A DNA stretch of 64,000 nucleotides from Spirochaetota bacterium (GTDB lineage: Bacteria; Spirochaetota; GWE2-31-10), in NCBI GenBank assembly GCA_045133795.1, contig JBGUUT010000108.1, positions 2,499 to 66,498 of the forward strand, read 5' to 3'. Shown one piece after another: positions 40,546 to 50,492 of this stretch. A program made the position numbers and the translations under genes. The notes under the pieces were generated by a model. That model searched no databases and was not told the origin of the DNA. It worked only from the letters and a program-made list of their open reading frames with translations. Positions within the stretch are counted from its first letter, which is position 1. The number at the start of each line of letters is the position of its first letter.

Positions 40546-41802
40546 TTAAAAGTTTGATTCCATTCGCAATATATCCATTTCTTTCGGTTTTATAATATTA
40601 CCGTCGATATCGTATAAAATTGCAGAAAAAGGTTCTGTATGTTTAGCTTCTGTAGCGGGATTTCCGTGTTTGTCGAAAAATTGAATATTTCCCAAAGGAA
40701 CGGTTTTCATATTTTTTCCGATTAATACAAGTTTATCGTTTGGAGTTATTTTATTGTAAATTTTAAGATTAACTTTTTCATCGGTTGATAAAACCATTGC
40801 AGCAAGTCTTGTGTTACGTTTGTATTCTGCAGAACTTGCAATATTTGCATCAAGCCAAGGTTTTTTATAGAAAAATCCTGTTGAAAACTCACGATGAGAA
40901 ACAACGTCCAATTCATGGTAAACTTGTTCCATTTTATCAAGCGGTTTTCCGGCTAATATACAATCGATGACGTATCTATATGCTCGAACAATACTTGAGA
41001 TATAAAGAATAGATTTCATTCTGCCTTCGATTTTAAAACTTGAAACTCCGGCTTCGATTAAATCTTTGACGTGTTCTATCATACAAATGTCTTTTGATGA
41101 CAAAATATATGTTCCGTTTTCATCAGCAGATACGTCAAAAGTGTCATTTTCACGAGTTTTTTCCTTTAAAAAGAACTCCCAACGACAGGAATGTGCACAA
41201 TCACCTTGATTTGCAGATCTTGTTCCATCCTCTTTTTGAGTTCCCAGTCCTTTGGTTGTCATATAAGATGAAAGTAAACATCGTCCGGAATATGCAATAC
41301 ACATGGCTCCGTGAATAAATGCTTCCAGTTCCAACGACGGTAATTCTTTACGGATTTCTTTAATGCCTTCAATATCGACTTCTCGTGCTAAAACGACACG
41401 ATTTGCTCCGATGGAAGAATACATTGTAGCTGCATATTGATTTGTACAATTTGCTTGTGTACTTATGTGAACGGGAATTTCCGGAGCGTATTTTTTGGCT
41501 AAATAGAAAACTCCCATGTCGGAAATAATCATTCCGTCCGGTTTTATTTTTGCAAGGAAAGTCAACGCATCGATAATGCGTTCTGTATGTTCCGGCATAA
41601 AATAAATATTTAGTGCGATGTAGATTTTTTTGCCGATGTCATGTGTATATTTCACAGCTTCGGCAAGTTCTTCACGTGTAAAATTATCAGCATTTGCACG
41701 AAGCGATAATTTATCGAGTCCTGCATATACTGCATCTGCTCCATAATGAAAAGCGACTTTCAATTTTTCAAAATTTCCTGCCGGTGCTAATAATTCTACC
41801 AT
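40546..41802 (-). CDS. Peptidase U32 family protein (short form)
   Basis: MVELLAPAGNFEKLKVAFHYGADAVYAGL..; CAHSC Cys motif; 418 aa. Confidence 0.85.
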   Translation of the reverse strand: MVELLAPAGNFEKLKVAFHYGADAVYAGLDKLSLRANADNFTREELAEAVKYTHDIGKKIYIALNIYFMPEHTERIIDALTFLAKIKPDGMIISDMGVFYLAKKYAPEIPVHISTQANCTNQYAATMYSSIGANRVVLAREVDIEGIKEIRKELPSLELEAFIHGAMCIAYSGRCLLSSYMTTKGLGTQKEDGTRSANQGDCAHSCRWEFFLKEKTRENDTFDVSADENGTYILSSKDICMIEHVKDLIEAGVSSFKIEGRMKSILYISSIVRAYRYVIDCILAGKPLDKMEQVYHELDVVSHREFSTGFFYKKPWLDANIASSAEYKRNTRLAAMVLSTDEKVNLKIYNKITPNDKLVLIGKNMKTVPLGNIQFFDKHGNPATEAKHTEPFSAILYDIDGNIIKPKEMDILRMESNF

Positions 41803-41837
41803 CTATTATCTCCTTTAATTATGCAAATTGAAATATT

Positions 41838-42800
41838 TTATTTTGCCAGATATTTGTCTAAAAAATCAGTTACTACTTTTATATATTCAGCTTTGTCGCT
41901 TTGAACCATTCCCAAGCAGTGTGCAGACTTAGGGAAAATATGAAATTCTTTTGGTTCAAGGGCATTTGCAAAGATTTCTTCACTGTTTTTAATATCTACG
42001 GATTGGTCTTTTCCGCCGTGTAAGATTAATAAAGGTCTCGGAGAAATTTTTTGAGCGACAACGTTTGCACGATAAATGTCGTCAGTAGGATTTACTCCGG
42101 ATTTATTTTTTATAATTTCGATTGATTTTTCATCTAAATCATCCCAGATTTTATCTTTGGGAGCGGCATCTTCCAATACAACTTTTAATTGTTCGTATCT
42201 TGCTCCGGCTAAAACAGCTCTTAATGCTCCGTATGAAAAACCAAAGATTCCTATTTTGTTTTTATCAACGTCCGGACGGTCAGAAAGAAAAGTTATTATA
42301 TCACCGATATCTTGCAAATCTTTTTCCATGGAATTAATAAATTTTTTTGGTTTTTTTGAGTAATTCCACATTCTTGGATTGTAAACTAGCAGTTGATATC
42401 CGTACTCTAAAAGGAAACGAGATTGATAAAGGCCGAATGACAAATCAGAACTGTATCCCGGAACAATAATTAATGTACCTTTTGCATTTTCTACGGGAAT
42501 AAACCAGCCGTCAAGTTTTAGTTTATCAGATACTGGGATTTTAACTTCATCGTATTTTTCGATACGGTATTTTTTTGAAATGTCATTTTTGACATAATCA
42601 TAATCATTTCCTGGAGTGTAACCTTCAAATCGCATAAAATGGAATGCGACAGCATCTTCTTTATTTTTTATTTTTTCTTGTTTTGTCAAATACGCTTTCC
42701 AGTCGTTGTTTCTTTTTATTCTAGCTTTATCTGCAGCTGTTTGTGCAGCTAACGATGATAAGTTAAAAATAATTAAGAGTAATAAAAAAGACTTTTTCAT
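41838..42800 (-). CDS. Secreted alpha/beta-hydrolase (dienelactone hydrolase/S9-like)
   Basis: Signal peptide. Nucleophile elbow GFSYGA and downstream His region (..FPKSAHCLG..). Confidence 0.55.
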   Translation of the reverse strand: MKKSFLLLLIIFNLSSLAAQTAADKARIKRNNDWKAYLTKQEKIKNKEDAVAFHFMRFEGYTPGNDYDYVKNDISKKYRIEKYDEVKIPVSDKLKLDGWFIPVENAKGTLIIVPGYSSDLSFGLYQSRFLLEYGYQLLVYNPRMWNYSKKPKKFINSMEKDLQDIGDIITFLSDRPDVDKNKIGIFGFSYGALRAVLAGARYEQLKVVLEDAAPKDKIWDDLDEKSIEIIKNKSGVNPTDDIYRANVVAQKISPRPLLILHGGKDQSVDIKNSEEIFANALEPKEFHIFPKSAHCLGMVQSDKAEYIKVVTDFLDKYLAK

Positions 42801-42942
42801 AAAGAATAATAACCTCCACTATTTGAAAAAACTTGTGCATTTATATAACAACTTTAATTCATTTACAAGTATGCCTTTTTTGACAAAATAACGCATTTTC
42901 AGTATAACGAAACATCAATTAATTAAACCATAAGAGGCAACT

Positions 42943-44685
42943 ATGAAAAGTGAAGATTTTATAAAACAAGTAAAAGAAAAAATTGTTTCTATAATAGGAG
43001 AAATAGCCGGCAAAGAAACTTCGGCATTACCGGAACTTGTAACAGAGATTCCGCCGCAACAGGAACTGGGAGATTTAGCGTTTCCTATGTTTAAATATGC
43101 AAAAGAACTTCACATGGCTCCCCCTAAGATTGCCCAAGAAATCCAAAATAAACTTGTAGATTGTGAACTTATTGCTAAGAGTGAAATAAAAGGTCCGTAT
43201 TTAAATGTATTTTTAAATCGAGGGATTTTATCAAAAGCGGTATTAAGTGAAACTCTTGAAAAAAAAGAGAATGTAGGAACTTTAGACGCAAAAAATGAAA
43301 AAGTGTTAATAGAGTTTTCATGTCCTAATACAAATAAACCGCTTCATTTAGGACATTGCAGAAATAACGTTTTAGGTGACAGTATTGCCAGAATCTATAA
43401 AAAAGCCGGATTCGATGTTACAAAAGTGAATCTTATTAACGACAGAGGTGTTCATATTTGTAAGTCAATGCTTGCATATCAAAAGTTCGGGGATAATTGT
43501 ACACCGGAAAGTTTAAATAAAAAAAGTGATCATGTAGTCGGAGACTTTTATGTGAAGTTTGCGATAGAAGCTGATAAAGATGCTAATCTTAATAAAGAAG
43601 CTCAAGAAATGCTTATAAAATGGGAAGCAAAAGACCCGGAAGTGAGAGCGTTGTGGGAAAAAATGAACGATTGGGCTATCGGCGGAATAGAAGAAACGTA
43701 TAAAAAAATGGGAATCAGTTTTGATTGCGTACAGCGTGAAAGTGAAACTTATATTCTCGGAAAAGACATTGTTCAACAAGGTTTGGATAAAGGTGTTTTT
43801 TACAAGGAAAAAGAAGATAACAGCGTTTGGATAGATAACGAAGATGTCGGATTGGATAAAAAGATTGTATTACGCGGTGACGGAACAAGTATTTATATTA
43901 CGCAAGATATCGGAACGCTTGTAAAACGTCAGGAGCTTTTTGGTTTTGACAGAATGATTTATGTTGTAGGGTCAGAGCAGATTTATCACTTTCAGACATT
44001 GTTTGCCATTATGAAAAAGTTAGGCTACAAATGGGCCGACAAGTGCTATCATTTAAGCTACGGAATGGTAAATCTTCCTGAAGGAAAAATGAAGAGCCGT
44101 GAAGGAAAAGTTGTAGATGCTGATAATTTAATGGAAGAATTGCAGCAGTTATCATTTGAAGTTGTTTGTGAAAAACATCCGGATTGGACAGAAGAAGATA
44201 AAAAAGAAATTGCTCGAAAAATCAGTCTCGGAGCATTAAAATATTACTTATTAAATTTTAATACCGGAAAAGATGTAATGTTTGACCCTAAAAAATCAAT
44301 CAGCTTTGACGGTAATACCGGTCCGTACTTGCAATATACTACTGCCAGAATTAATTCATTATTGAAAAAAGCATCAGACGTTAGTTTTGATTTTGAAATA
44401 TTGAAAGATTATTCTTTCCGAGATGAAGAATGGCAAGTTGTATCTAAATTAATGCAGTTTGACCATGCTATAACTCAGGCTGCGGCGGAATATTCTCCGT
44501 TGGAAATCTGTAATTATTTGTATGATTTGGTACGTTTGTACAGTAAAATGTATCATGAGTTGCCAATTGTTACGGCTGAAAAACAGGAAGAAAAGAGCGT
44601 TCGATTGATGATAACGAAAGCAGTACAATATGTATTGACATCTGGACTAGAAATGCTGGGAATTGATGCTTTAGAAAAAATGTAA
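42943..44685 (+). CDS. argS: Arginine--tRNA ligase
   Basis: 580 aa. HIGH motif PNTNKPLHLGH, class I KMSK-like GKMKSREGK, C-terminal DALR anticodon-binding domain. Confidence 0.9.
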   Translation: MKSEDFIKQVKEKIVSIIGEIAGKETSALPELVTEIPPQQELGDLAFPMFKYAKELHMAPPKIAQEIQNKLVDCELIAKSEIKGPYLNVFLNRGILSKAVLSETLEKKENVGTLDAKNEKVLIEFSCPNTNKPLHLGHCRNNVLGDSIARIYKKAGFDVTKVNLINDRGVHICKSMLAYQKFGDNCTPESLNKKSDHVVGDFYVKFAIEADKDANLNKEAQEMLIKWEAKDPEVRALWEKMNDWAIGGIEETYKKMGISFDCVQRESETYILGKDIVQQGLDKGVFYKEKEDNSVWIDNEDVGLDKKIVLRGDGTSIYITQDIGTLVKRQELFGFDRMIYVVGSEQIYHFQTLFAIMKKLGYKWADKCYHLSYGMVNLPEGKMKSREGKVVDADNLMEELQQLSFEVVCEKHPDWTEEDKKEIARKISLGALKYYLLNFNTGKDVMFDPKKSISFDGNTGPYLQYTTARINSLLKKASDVSFDFEILKDYSFRDEEWQVVSKLMQFDHAITQAAAEYSPLEICNYLYDLVRLYSKMYHELPIVTAEKQEEKSVRLMITKAVQYVLTSGLEMLGIDALEKM

Positions 44686-44708
44686 AAATCAGATTTATTT
44701 TTATGTAG

Positions 44709-44747
44709 AAGACACAGCTTTGTATAATGAAGTTGTGTCTTTTTTTA
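44709..44747 (+). terminator. Rho-independent terminator after argS
   Basis: agacacagctt ... aagttgtgtct stem (one G-U) followed by T7. Confidence 0.7.
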
Positions 44748-44907
44748 TATAAAAAGGCTTTAGATATTCTTATATAAAATATTATGTAAAACTTTGGACA
44801 AGTAAAGATAAAAAAAATGTAGAAAAAGGCATGAATGCGGTGTTTATTTTGTTAATGAATAATGCATATATGGGTTTATAAAGTTTTTATAAAAAAAGGA
44901 AAAAAAG

Positions 44908-46167
44908 ATGAATATTGTTATAGGAAGTTTAAAGTCTAAGGTTGTAAGTGATTTTAAAGAGGCATTTCATAATAAAATCGGGAAAGTTTTTTCGGTACAA
45001 AATGCTCAAATGTGTTTTCAAATATTGGAGAATGAAGATATTGCAATATGTTTTCTTGAATCATTGACCGGTGAAAAGCAACTGAAAGAATTATTACCGG
45101 CGATAAACAGAACCTCTCCGAGAACTAAAGTAATTTTGCTAAACCAAGAATCAAAAGGTGTATGTAATGAAATTATTTCTAATATAAAGCAGTCATTTGT
45201 AAATCACGGTAATGATACAATGATAGGAAAATCAGTAAAAATGATGAATACCATCAAAACTATTACAGCGGCAGCTAATTCTCTATCAAGGGTTTTATTA
45301 TTGGGAGAGAACGGAACCGGAAAGGAAATGGCGGCAAAGTTACTGCACGAGAAATCTTCCAGAGCTAAAAAACCGTTTATATGTATAAATTGTGCTGCGA
45401 TACCGCAAACATTAATGGAGTCGGAATTTTTCGGTCATGTAAAAGGTGCGTTTACTGGGGCTACGAGCGACAGAATAGGAAAATTAGAACAGGCAGACGG
45501 AGGAATACTATTTCTTGATGAAGTCGCAGAAATGCCGTTATCTATTCAGGCGAAGTTATTGAGAGCGTTACAAGAAATGAAAATATGCAGAGTCGGCGGC
45601 AATAAAGAACGTTCGATAGATGTGCGAATTATTGCAGCGACGAATAAAGATTTAAGGAATGAAGTTTTATGTGGGCGATTTAGAGAGGATCTTTATTATC
45701 GTTTGAATGTAATTTCAATTCGAATGCCGGCTTTACGAGAACGGGTGGAAGATATTCCCTTTTTGATTGACTATTTTGCAAAAAAGTTGTCTGTAGAAAA
45801 TAATTTTGAAGTGAAAAAAATAGAGAAAGAAGCAATGCTTTATTTGAAAGGATATGCATGGCCGGGAAATGTTCGCCAATTGAAAAACTTTGTGGAACGA
45901 ATTATGGTTTTAGAAAATAAACCGGAACTTTATGTAAGTGATGTTCGCAAATATCTTGATGAAGAAGAGGCTTTTGTAAGTACGAATGATTTTTGGAATC
46001 TATTTAATAATTTTTCACTGAAAGAGGCTCGTGATTTATTTGAGTCAATCTTCATAGAAAAGAAGTTGCGTGAGAATCAATATAATTTAACGAAAACCGC
46101 CAATGTTTTAGGCGTTTTTCCGAGTAATTTGAAAAGCAAATTACTTCGATTAAAGAATAATACTTAG
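44908..46167 (+). CDS. Sigma-54-dependent transcriptional activator (bEBP) with atypical N-terminal domain
   Basis: AAA+ Walker A GENGTGKE, GAFTGA loop (ESEFFGHVKGAFTGA), Walker B and C-terminal Fis-type HTH. The N-terminal 120 aa lack the receiver Asp residues. Confidence 0.85.
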   Translation: MNIVIGSLKSKVVSDFKEAFHNKIGKVFSVQNAQMCFQILENEDIAICFLESLTGEKQLKELLPAINRTSPRTKVILLNQESKGVCNEIISNIKQSFVNHGNDTMIGKSVKMMNTIKTITAAANSLSRVLLLGENGTGKEMAAKLLHEKSSRAKKPFICINCAAIPQTLMESEFFGHVKGAFTGATSDRIGKLEQADGGILFLDEVAEMPLSIQAKLLRALQEMKICRVGGNKERSIDVRIIAATNKDLRNEVLCGRFREDLYYRLNVISIRMPALRERVEDIPFLIDYFAKKLSVENNFEVKKIEKEAMLYLKGYAWPGNVRQLKNFVERIMVLENKPELYVSDVRKYLDEEEAFVSTNDFWNLFNNFSLKEARDLFESIFIEKKLRENQYNLTKTANVLGVFPSNLKSKLLRLKNNT

Positions 46168-46176
46168 GAGATAACG

Positions 46177-47394
46177 TTGGATTATCAGTCATTTAAACAT
46201 TTATTGTTAAAAGGTTCTTTGAAAAATATTTATATGTTTTCCGGAGTTGAAATCGGAGATAAAAAGGAAGCATTGACACTTTTTAAGCAACGTTTATTTG
46301 GTAAAGAAAGTCCGACAGTTTATACATTTTATTGTGATTCAGAATTTGTTCCTGCAGATTTCTTAAATGCTGTACAGACTGCAGGACTTTTCTCTTCAAC
46401 AAAATTAATTTTATTGAAAGGAATAGAACAAGCAAAAGATTCAACGATAAAAACGTTAACATCTCTTTTGTTACCGCAGTCTTTTGACATGAATCATTAT
46501 GAAAGTATTTTTTCCGGTTTTTCGAAAGAATATTCCCAGTTAAGTACTTATTATGAGAAAAAAGATAATCGCTATTTTTTGAAAAAAATTAAAGAAGCTG
46601 ACAAAAAGAAAATTGTTGATTTATTTGCTCGTTGTAATTTTTCGCCGTTGGATAAAGATACTTTTTTAATCGTTTTAGATGAAACTCATGAAAAAGTTCC
46701 TGAAGCGGTAATGCGATTATTTCCGGAAAATCAAATAATCCAATTTTTTGAAATGTTTGAAAATAAAAAAGTTGATTGGATTCGAATGGAGTTTAATAAA
46801 TATAACCTCTCTATTGATAATAATTCTATTTCACTATTGCTTGATATGGTAGAAAATAACAAAAGTGCATTAGAGCAAGAAATAAATAATATCGCAACGG
46901 CAGTTTTGAATACTACAGAAAAAAAAGTAACGCATGATTTAATAGAAGAATATTTATATCATTCAAAAGAAGAGTCGCCCTTTTCTCTGTTTGCGGCGTT
47001 AATCGCAAAAAAACGAGATAAAGCGTTGGAGATTTTGGATAAATTATTTATCGATGATATCGACGGGATTTTGCCGGGATTATTGTGGTCACAACGTCGA
47101 GCTGTAAGAATCCTTGATTTGTATGAAAATATGAAACAACCGAAAGAATTAATATTTAGAGAATTATTTATAAACGGGAAAAAAGTACAACAAGAACTTT
47201 CTATGTTATTCGGACATTTTTCTTTTCGTCATGCGGTTCATGCTCTAAACAGATTGTCACAATTGGAGTATTTTTTGAGAATATTACCTACAAGTTTAAA
47301 ACTTGTACAATTGCAAATATTTATTCTTGATTATATTGACGGAAGAATTGATAGAGATTTTTTGCAAGGTGATTTCCAATTTGTGGTAAGCTAG
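46177..47394 (+). CDS. holA: Probable DNA polymerase III delta subunit
   Basis: TTG start with AGGAG RBS. N-terminal pattern (..IYMFSGVE..LFSSTKLILLKG..) typical of HolA; 405 aa. Confidence 0.55.
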   Translation: MDYQSFKHLLLKGSLKNIYMFSGVEIGDKKEALTLFKQRLFGKESPTVYTFYCDSEFVPADFLNAVQTAGLFSSTKLILLKGIEQAKDSTIKTLTSLLLPQSFDMNHYESIFSGFSKEYSQLSTYYEKKDNRYFLKKIKEADKKKIVDLFARCNFSPLDKDTFLIVLDETHEKVPEAVMRLFPENQIIQFFEMFENKKVDWIRMEFNKYNLSIDNNSISLLLDMVENNKSALEQEINNIATAVLNTTEKKVTHDLIEEYLYHSKEESPFSLFAALIAKKRDKALEILDKLFIDDIDGILPGLLWSQRRAVRILDLYENMKQPKELIFRELFINGKKVQQELSMLFGHFSFRHAVHALNRLSQLEYFLRILPTSLKLVQLQIFILDYIDGRIDRDFLQGDFQFVVS

Positions 47395-49147
47395 CAAGTT
47401 CTTCTTGTGACAATGTTTTGATTTTTTCAACCGACCCGAAAGTTTTCAGTAAAAATCGTGCTCGTGTTTTTCCTATGCCCGGAATATTTTCCAGCTGTGT
47501 TTTTAAACTGTCGTTTTTGTATCGAACAGCCAGTCTTGTATTACTGAATCTATGTGCTTCATCTCGAATATGTTGAATAATTTTCAATGCGTACGAACTT
47601 CTCGGTAAAATAATTGGTTCTTTCTGATTTCTGATGAAAATGTGTTCTTCTTTTTCGGCAATCGCAGCCATAGAAATATCGATATTCAGTAAGTCGATAA
47701 TTTCGGCAGCGGCATTTAATTGACCTTTACCGCCGTCAAGGAGTATCAAATCGGGAAAGTCTTGCTTTTCAATTTGTAATCGTTGGTAACGTCTTGCCAT
47801 GATTTCTTTCATCATAGAGTAATCGTCTGGGTGTCCCTCCCCTTCTACATTAAATTGTCTGTATAATGAACGTTCGGGATTTCCGTCTACAAAAACAGAC
47901 ATGGCGGCGGTGTTAAATTTTCCGTTTAAGGTAGCAATATCGAAACACTCTATTTTTCTTGGGATTTTTTCTAATTGCAAAATCTTCTTTAATTCACGTA
48001 AATGATGAATCTTTTCCAGTTTTAATTTCTTTTCTTCATAGAAGATTTCAGCGTTGTCTATTGCGAGTTTTGTAAGTCGTCTGTCTTTTTGAATTGTGGG
48101 TTTTTCAATTTTAATTTTACAACCGCGTTTTTTTTCGATGGCACTGTAAAAAAGTTCCTCATCTAAGAACGTATCTTTGAAATATATTGTAGAAGGCAAA
48201 AATATTTCATTCAAATAATAAAGGTTGAAAAAATCTGCAATAAACTCTGTGTCCGGAAGTAAACGAGTAAATAAGAAAGTTTTTTTATCATTAACAATTC
48301 CGTTTCTTACACTGATAACTGAAACAGCGGCTGTTTCTCCGTCTTGATATATTCCGACATAATCATTATTTTCAGCACTGTTGTTTTCTTGCATAAATTG
48401 GTCGGGTTTTATTTCGAGAACTTGTTTTATTTGATCTCTGATTTCTGCGGCTTTTTCAAACTTTAAGGCTTTAGAATATCTGGTCATTTCAGCAGTCAAA
48501 GTTTTAACTAAAGGTTCAGTGTTGCCGTTTAGAAAATCTTTTGCGGTTCTGATACGTCGCAGATAGTTCTTTCTGGATATTAATGAAGCACAAGGTGCAC
48601 TGCATAATTGCATATGATAATTAAGACACGGAGTTTTATTAAACGGTTCTTTTAATCGGTGGCGACATTTTCGCAATTTTAGAACTCGATTTAGTATAAG
48701 GATAATATTATCTGCTTGTTCACTGCTGACGTAAGGTCCGAAAAAAGTTCCGTTCTTTGAGATTCTTTCTCGGCATTTATAGATTTTGGGAATTGGCTCG
48801 TTTGTAATTTTTATAAAAGGATAAGATTTGGAATCTTTTAAAAGAATATTGTAACGAGGCATATATTTTTTAATCATGTTGTTTTCAAGGATTAAAGCCT
48901 CGGTTTCATTCTCAGTAACAAAATATTCTATATTTGCAATCTGTTTTAATAAAGCCGTAGTTTTAGGGTCTTTTTTTCCTGTGAAATATGAGTTTACTCG
49001 ATTGAATAAATTTTTTGCTTTTCCTACATAAATGACAATGTCTTCATTGTTACGATACATGTATATGCCGGGATTTTTGGGAATTTGTTTTAAAATCTCT
49101 GTAAATCTTTTCATTTTCTTATTTCCGAATTGTTGCTCACTTGACAA
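47321..49147 (-). CDS. uvrC: Excinuclease ABC subunit C
   Basis: GIY-YIG N-terminus (GIYMYRN..YVGKAKNL), UVR domain, RNase H-like domain and tandem HhH (IPGIGKTRA). Confidence 0.9.
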   Translation of the reverse strand: MSSEQQFGNKKMKRFTEILKQIPKNPGIYMYRNNEDIVIYVGKAKNLFNRVNSYFTGKKDPKTTALLKQIANIEYFVTENETEALILENNMIKKYMPRYNILLKDSKSYPFIKITNEPIPKIYKCRERISKNGTFFGPYVSSEQADNIILILNRVLKLRKCRHRLKEPFNKTPCLNYHMQLCSAPCASLISRKNYLRRIRTAKDFLNGNTEPLVKTLTAEMTRYSKALKFEKAAEIRDQIKQVLEIKPDQFMQENNSAENNDYVGIYQDGETAAVSVISVRNGIVNDKKTFLFTRLLPDTEFIADFFNLYYLNEIFLPSTIYFKDTFLDEELFYSAIEKKRGCKIKIEKPTIQKDRRLTKLAIDNAEIFYEEKKLKLEKIHHLRELKKILQLEKIPRKIECFDIATLNGKFNTAAMSVFVDGNPERSLYRQFNVEGEGHPDDYSMMKEIMARRYQRLQIEKQDFPDLILLDGGKGQLNAAAEIIDLLNIDISMAAIAEKEEHIFIRNQKEPIILPRSSYALKIIQHIRDEAHRFSNTRLAVRYKNDSLKTQLENIPGIGKTRARFLLKTFGSVEKIKTLSQEELASLPQIGNHLAKNLYQFFRQYNQE

Positions 49148-49240
49148 GGATAAAAAAAATTGATAAGTAAAACGACATCATAAAAAGATGTCATTGAACA
49201 ACAAATAACAATATATTTTATATTTTATCAAGGAGAAAAA

Positions 49241-49528
49241 ATGCCGGTTCACAAATCTGTATTAAAAAGAGAAAGAGAAAATGAAGCTAGAAGATTAGCT
49301 AACAGAATTAATAAATCAATAGTTCATACTGCTAAAATTCGTTTGGAAGAAGCTATTGCAGCTAAGGACAAAGAAGTTGCTTATAAAAAATTAAGCGTTT
49401 ACATGAGCGTTGTAGATAAAAATGCAAAACGTGGTATTTTCCACAAAAATAAAGCAAATCGTTTAAAAGCTAGAGCTACAAAAAGAGTAAAAGTTGCATT
49501 TAATGAACTTGCCCCTGTAGCAAATTAA
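49241..49528 (+). CDS. rpsT: 30S ribosomal protein S20
   Basis: 95 aa. MPVHKSVLKRERENEARRLANR.. canonical S20. Confidence 0.9.
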   Translation: MPVHKSVLKRERENEARRLANRINKSIVHTAKIRLEEAIAAKDKEVAYKKLSVYMSVVDKNAKRGIFHKNKANRLKARATKRVKVAFNELAPVAN

Positions 49529-49576
49529 TTTTTTAAAACGTCTGTAATTCAATTTTAATTATTACATTAAGCAATA

Positions 49577-49620
49577 AAAAGTTTTCTATCTTACAGTGTT
49601 AAGTTAGAAAACTTTTTACA
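49577..49620 (+). terminator. Putative terminator after rpsT (12-bp AT-rich inverted repeat)
   Basis: aaaagttttcta ... tagaaaactttt followed by ttt. Confidence 0.45.
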
Positions 49621-49689
49621 AGAACAATCTTATCTATTTTTTGTTCTTTATTAATAATATTATATTTGAAATTATATTTGCAGGTTTAT

Positions 49690-50001
49690 ATGACTAAAAT
49701 AGAAATTGTTTCAATGATTCAACAAAAAATCCTAGAAGACAATACAAAATCTAAAAGCCAATTTACTCAAAAAAATCTAATGTTAATTCTTGATACGTTT
49801 TTTGATATTGTAAAAAATAGTATTACAGAAGGAGAACATATCGAATTGCGTGGCTTTGGAACTTTTGAAAGAAAAATAAGGGAAGCTAAAAAGGCGATTA
49901 ATCCCAGAACAAAAGAATCCATCGTTGTAGAAAAACATGCAGTTCCAGTCTTTCGTCCGGGAAAAGAATTAAAAGAATTTGTCCGAACTTCTAAAGTTTA
50001 A
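49690..50001 (+). CDS. hup: HU-family DNA-binding protein
   Basis: ..LRGFGTFERKIREAKKAINPRTKESIVVEKHAVPVFRPGKELK.., the HU/IHF beta-arm signature. Start at internal MTKIE preferred. Confidence 0.85.
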   Translation: MTKIEIVSMIQQKILEDNTKSKSQFTQKNLMLILDTFFDIVKNSITEGEHIELRGFGTFERKIREAKKAINPRTKESIVVEKHAVPVFRPGKELKEFVRTSKV

Positions 50002-50083
50002 TAATAAAAAACACAAATTTTTATGTTAGGTTTTACAGGCTATAATTTGATGAGGGGAAAACTCAAAGGCGAGGAAATAAAAA

Positions 50084-50434
50084 GTGAGTCAGGTTTTAGC
50101 AAATTATTATAATAATAAGTGTGTAAAAACTATTTTGGGAGAAAAGACAGAATTTATAGGAAAAATGTCTTTTAATGATTCTTTAAAAATTAACGGAAGT
50201 TTTAAGGGAACGATAAATGCATCGGGATTATTGTGGATAGGAGAAGGTGCATCTGTTTCTGCTAATATTTCTGCTAAGTCAGTTGTTGTCTCAGGAACTG
50301 TAAATGGCGATATTTGTGCAAGTGAAAAAATAGATATGCTGGTTTCCGGTAGAGTCTATGGAAATATAAAAGCAAAGAAGATTAAGATTTCTGATGGTGT
50401 TATTTTTAATGGTGAATGTGAAATCATTAAATAA
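50084..50434 (+). CDS. Bactofilin-family cytoskeletal protein
   Basis: Repetitive beta-helix pattern (G.V.G.I.A..V.VSG.V.GDI.A..KIDMLVSGRV.GNIKAKKIKISDGV..G). GTG start with GAGGAAA RBS. Confidence 0.55.
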   Translation: MSQVLANYYNNKCVKTILGEKTEFIGKMSFNDSLKINGSFKGTINASGLLWIGEGASVSANISAKSVVVSGTVNGDICASEKIDMLVSGRVYGNIKAKKIKISDGVIFNGECEIIK

Positions 50435-50492
50435 CTCAATATGATTAAAAATAATATATGTACATTTAATAAACTTCTAGCGGAGAAAGATA

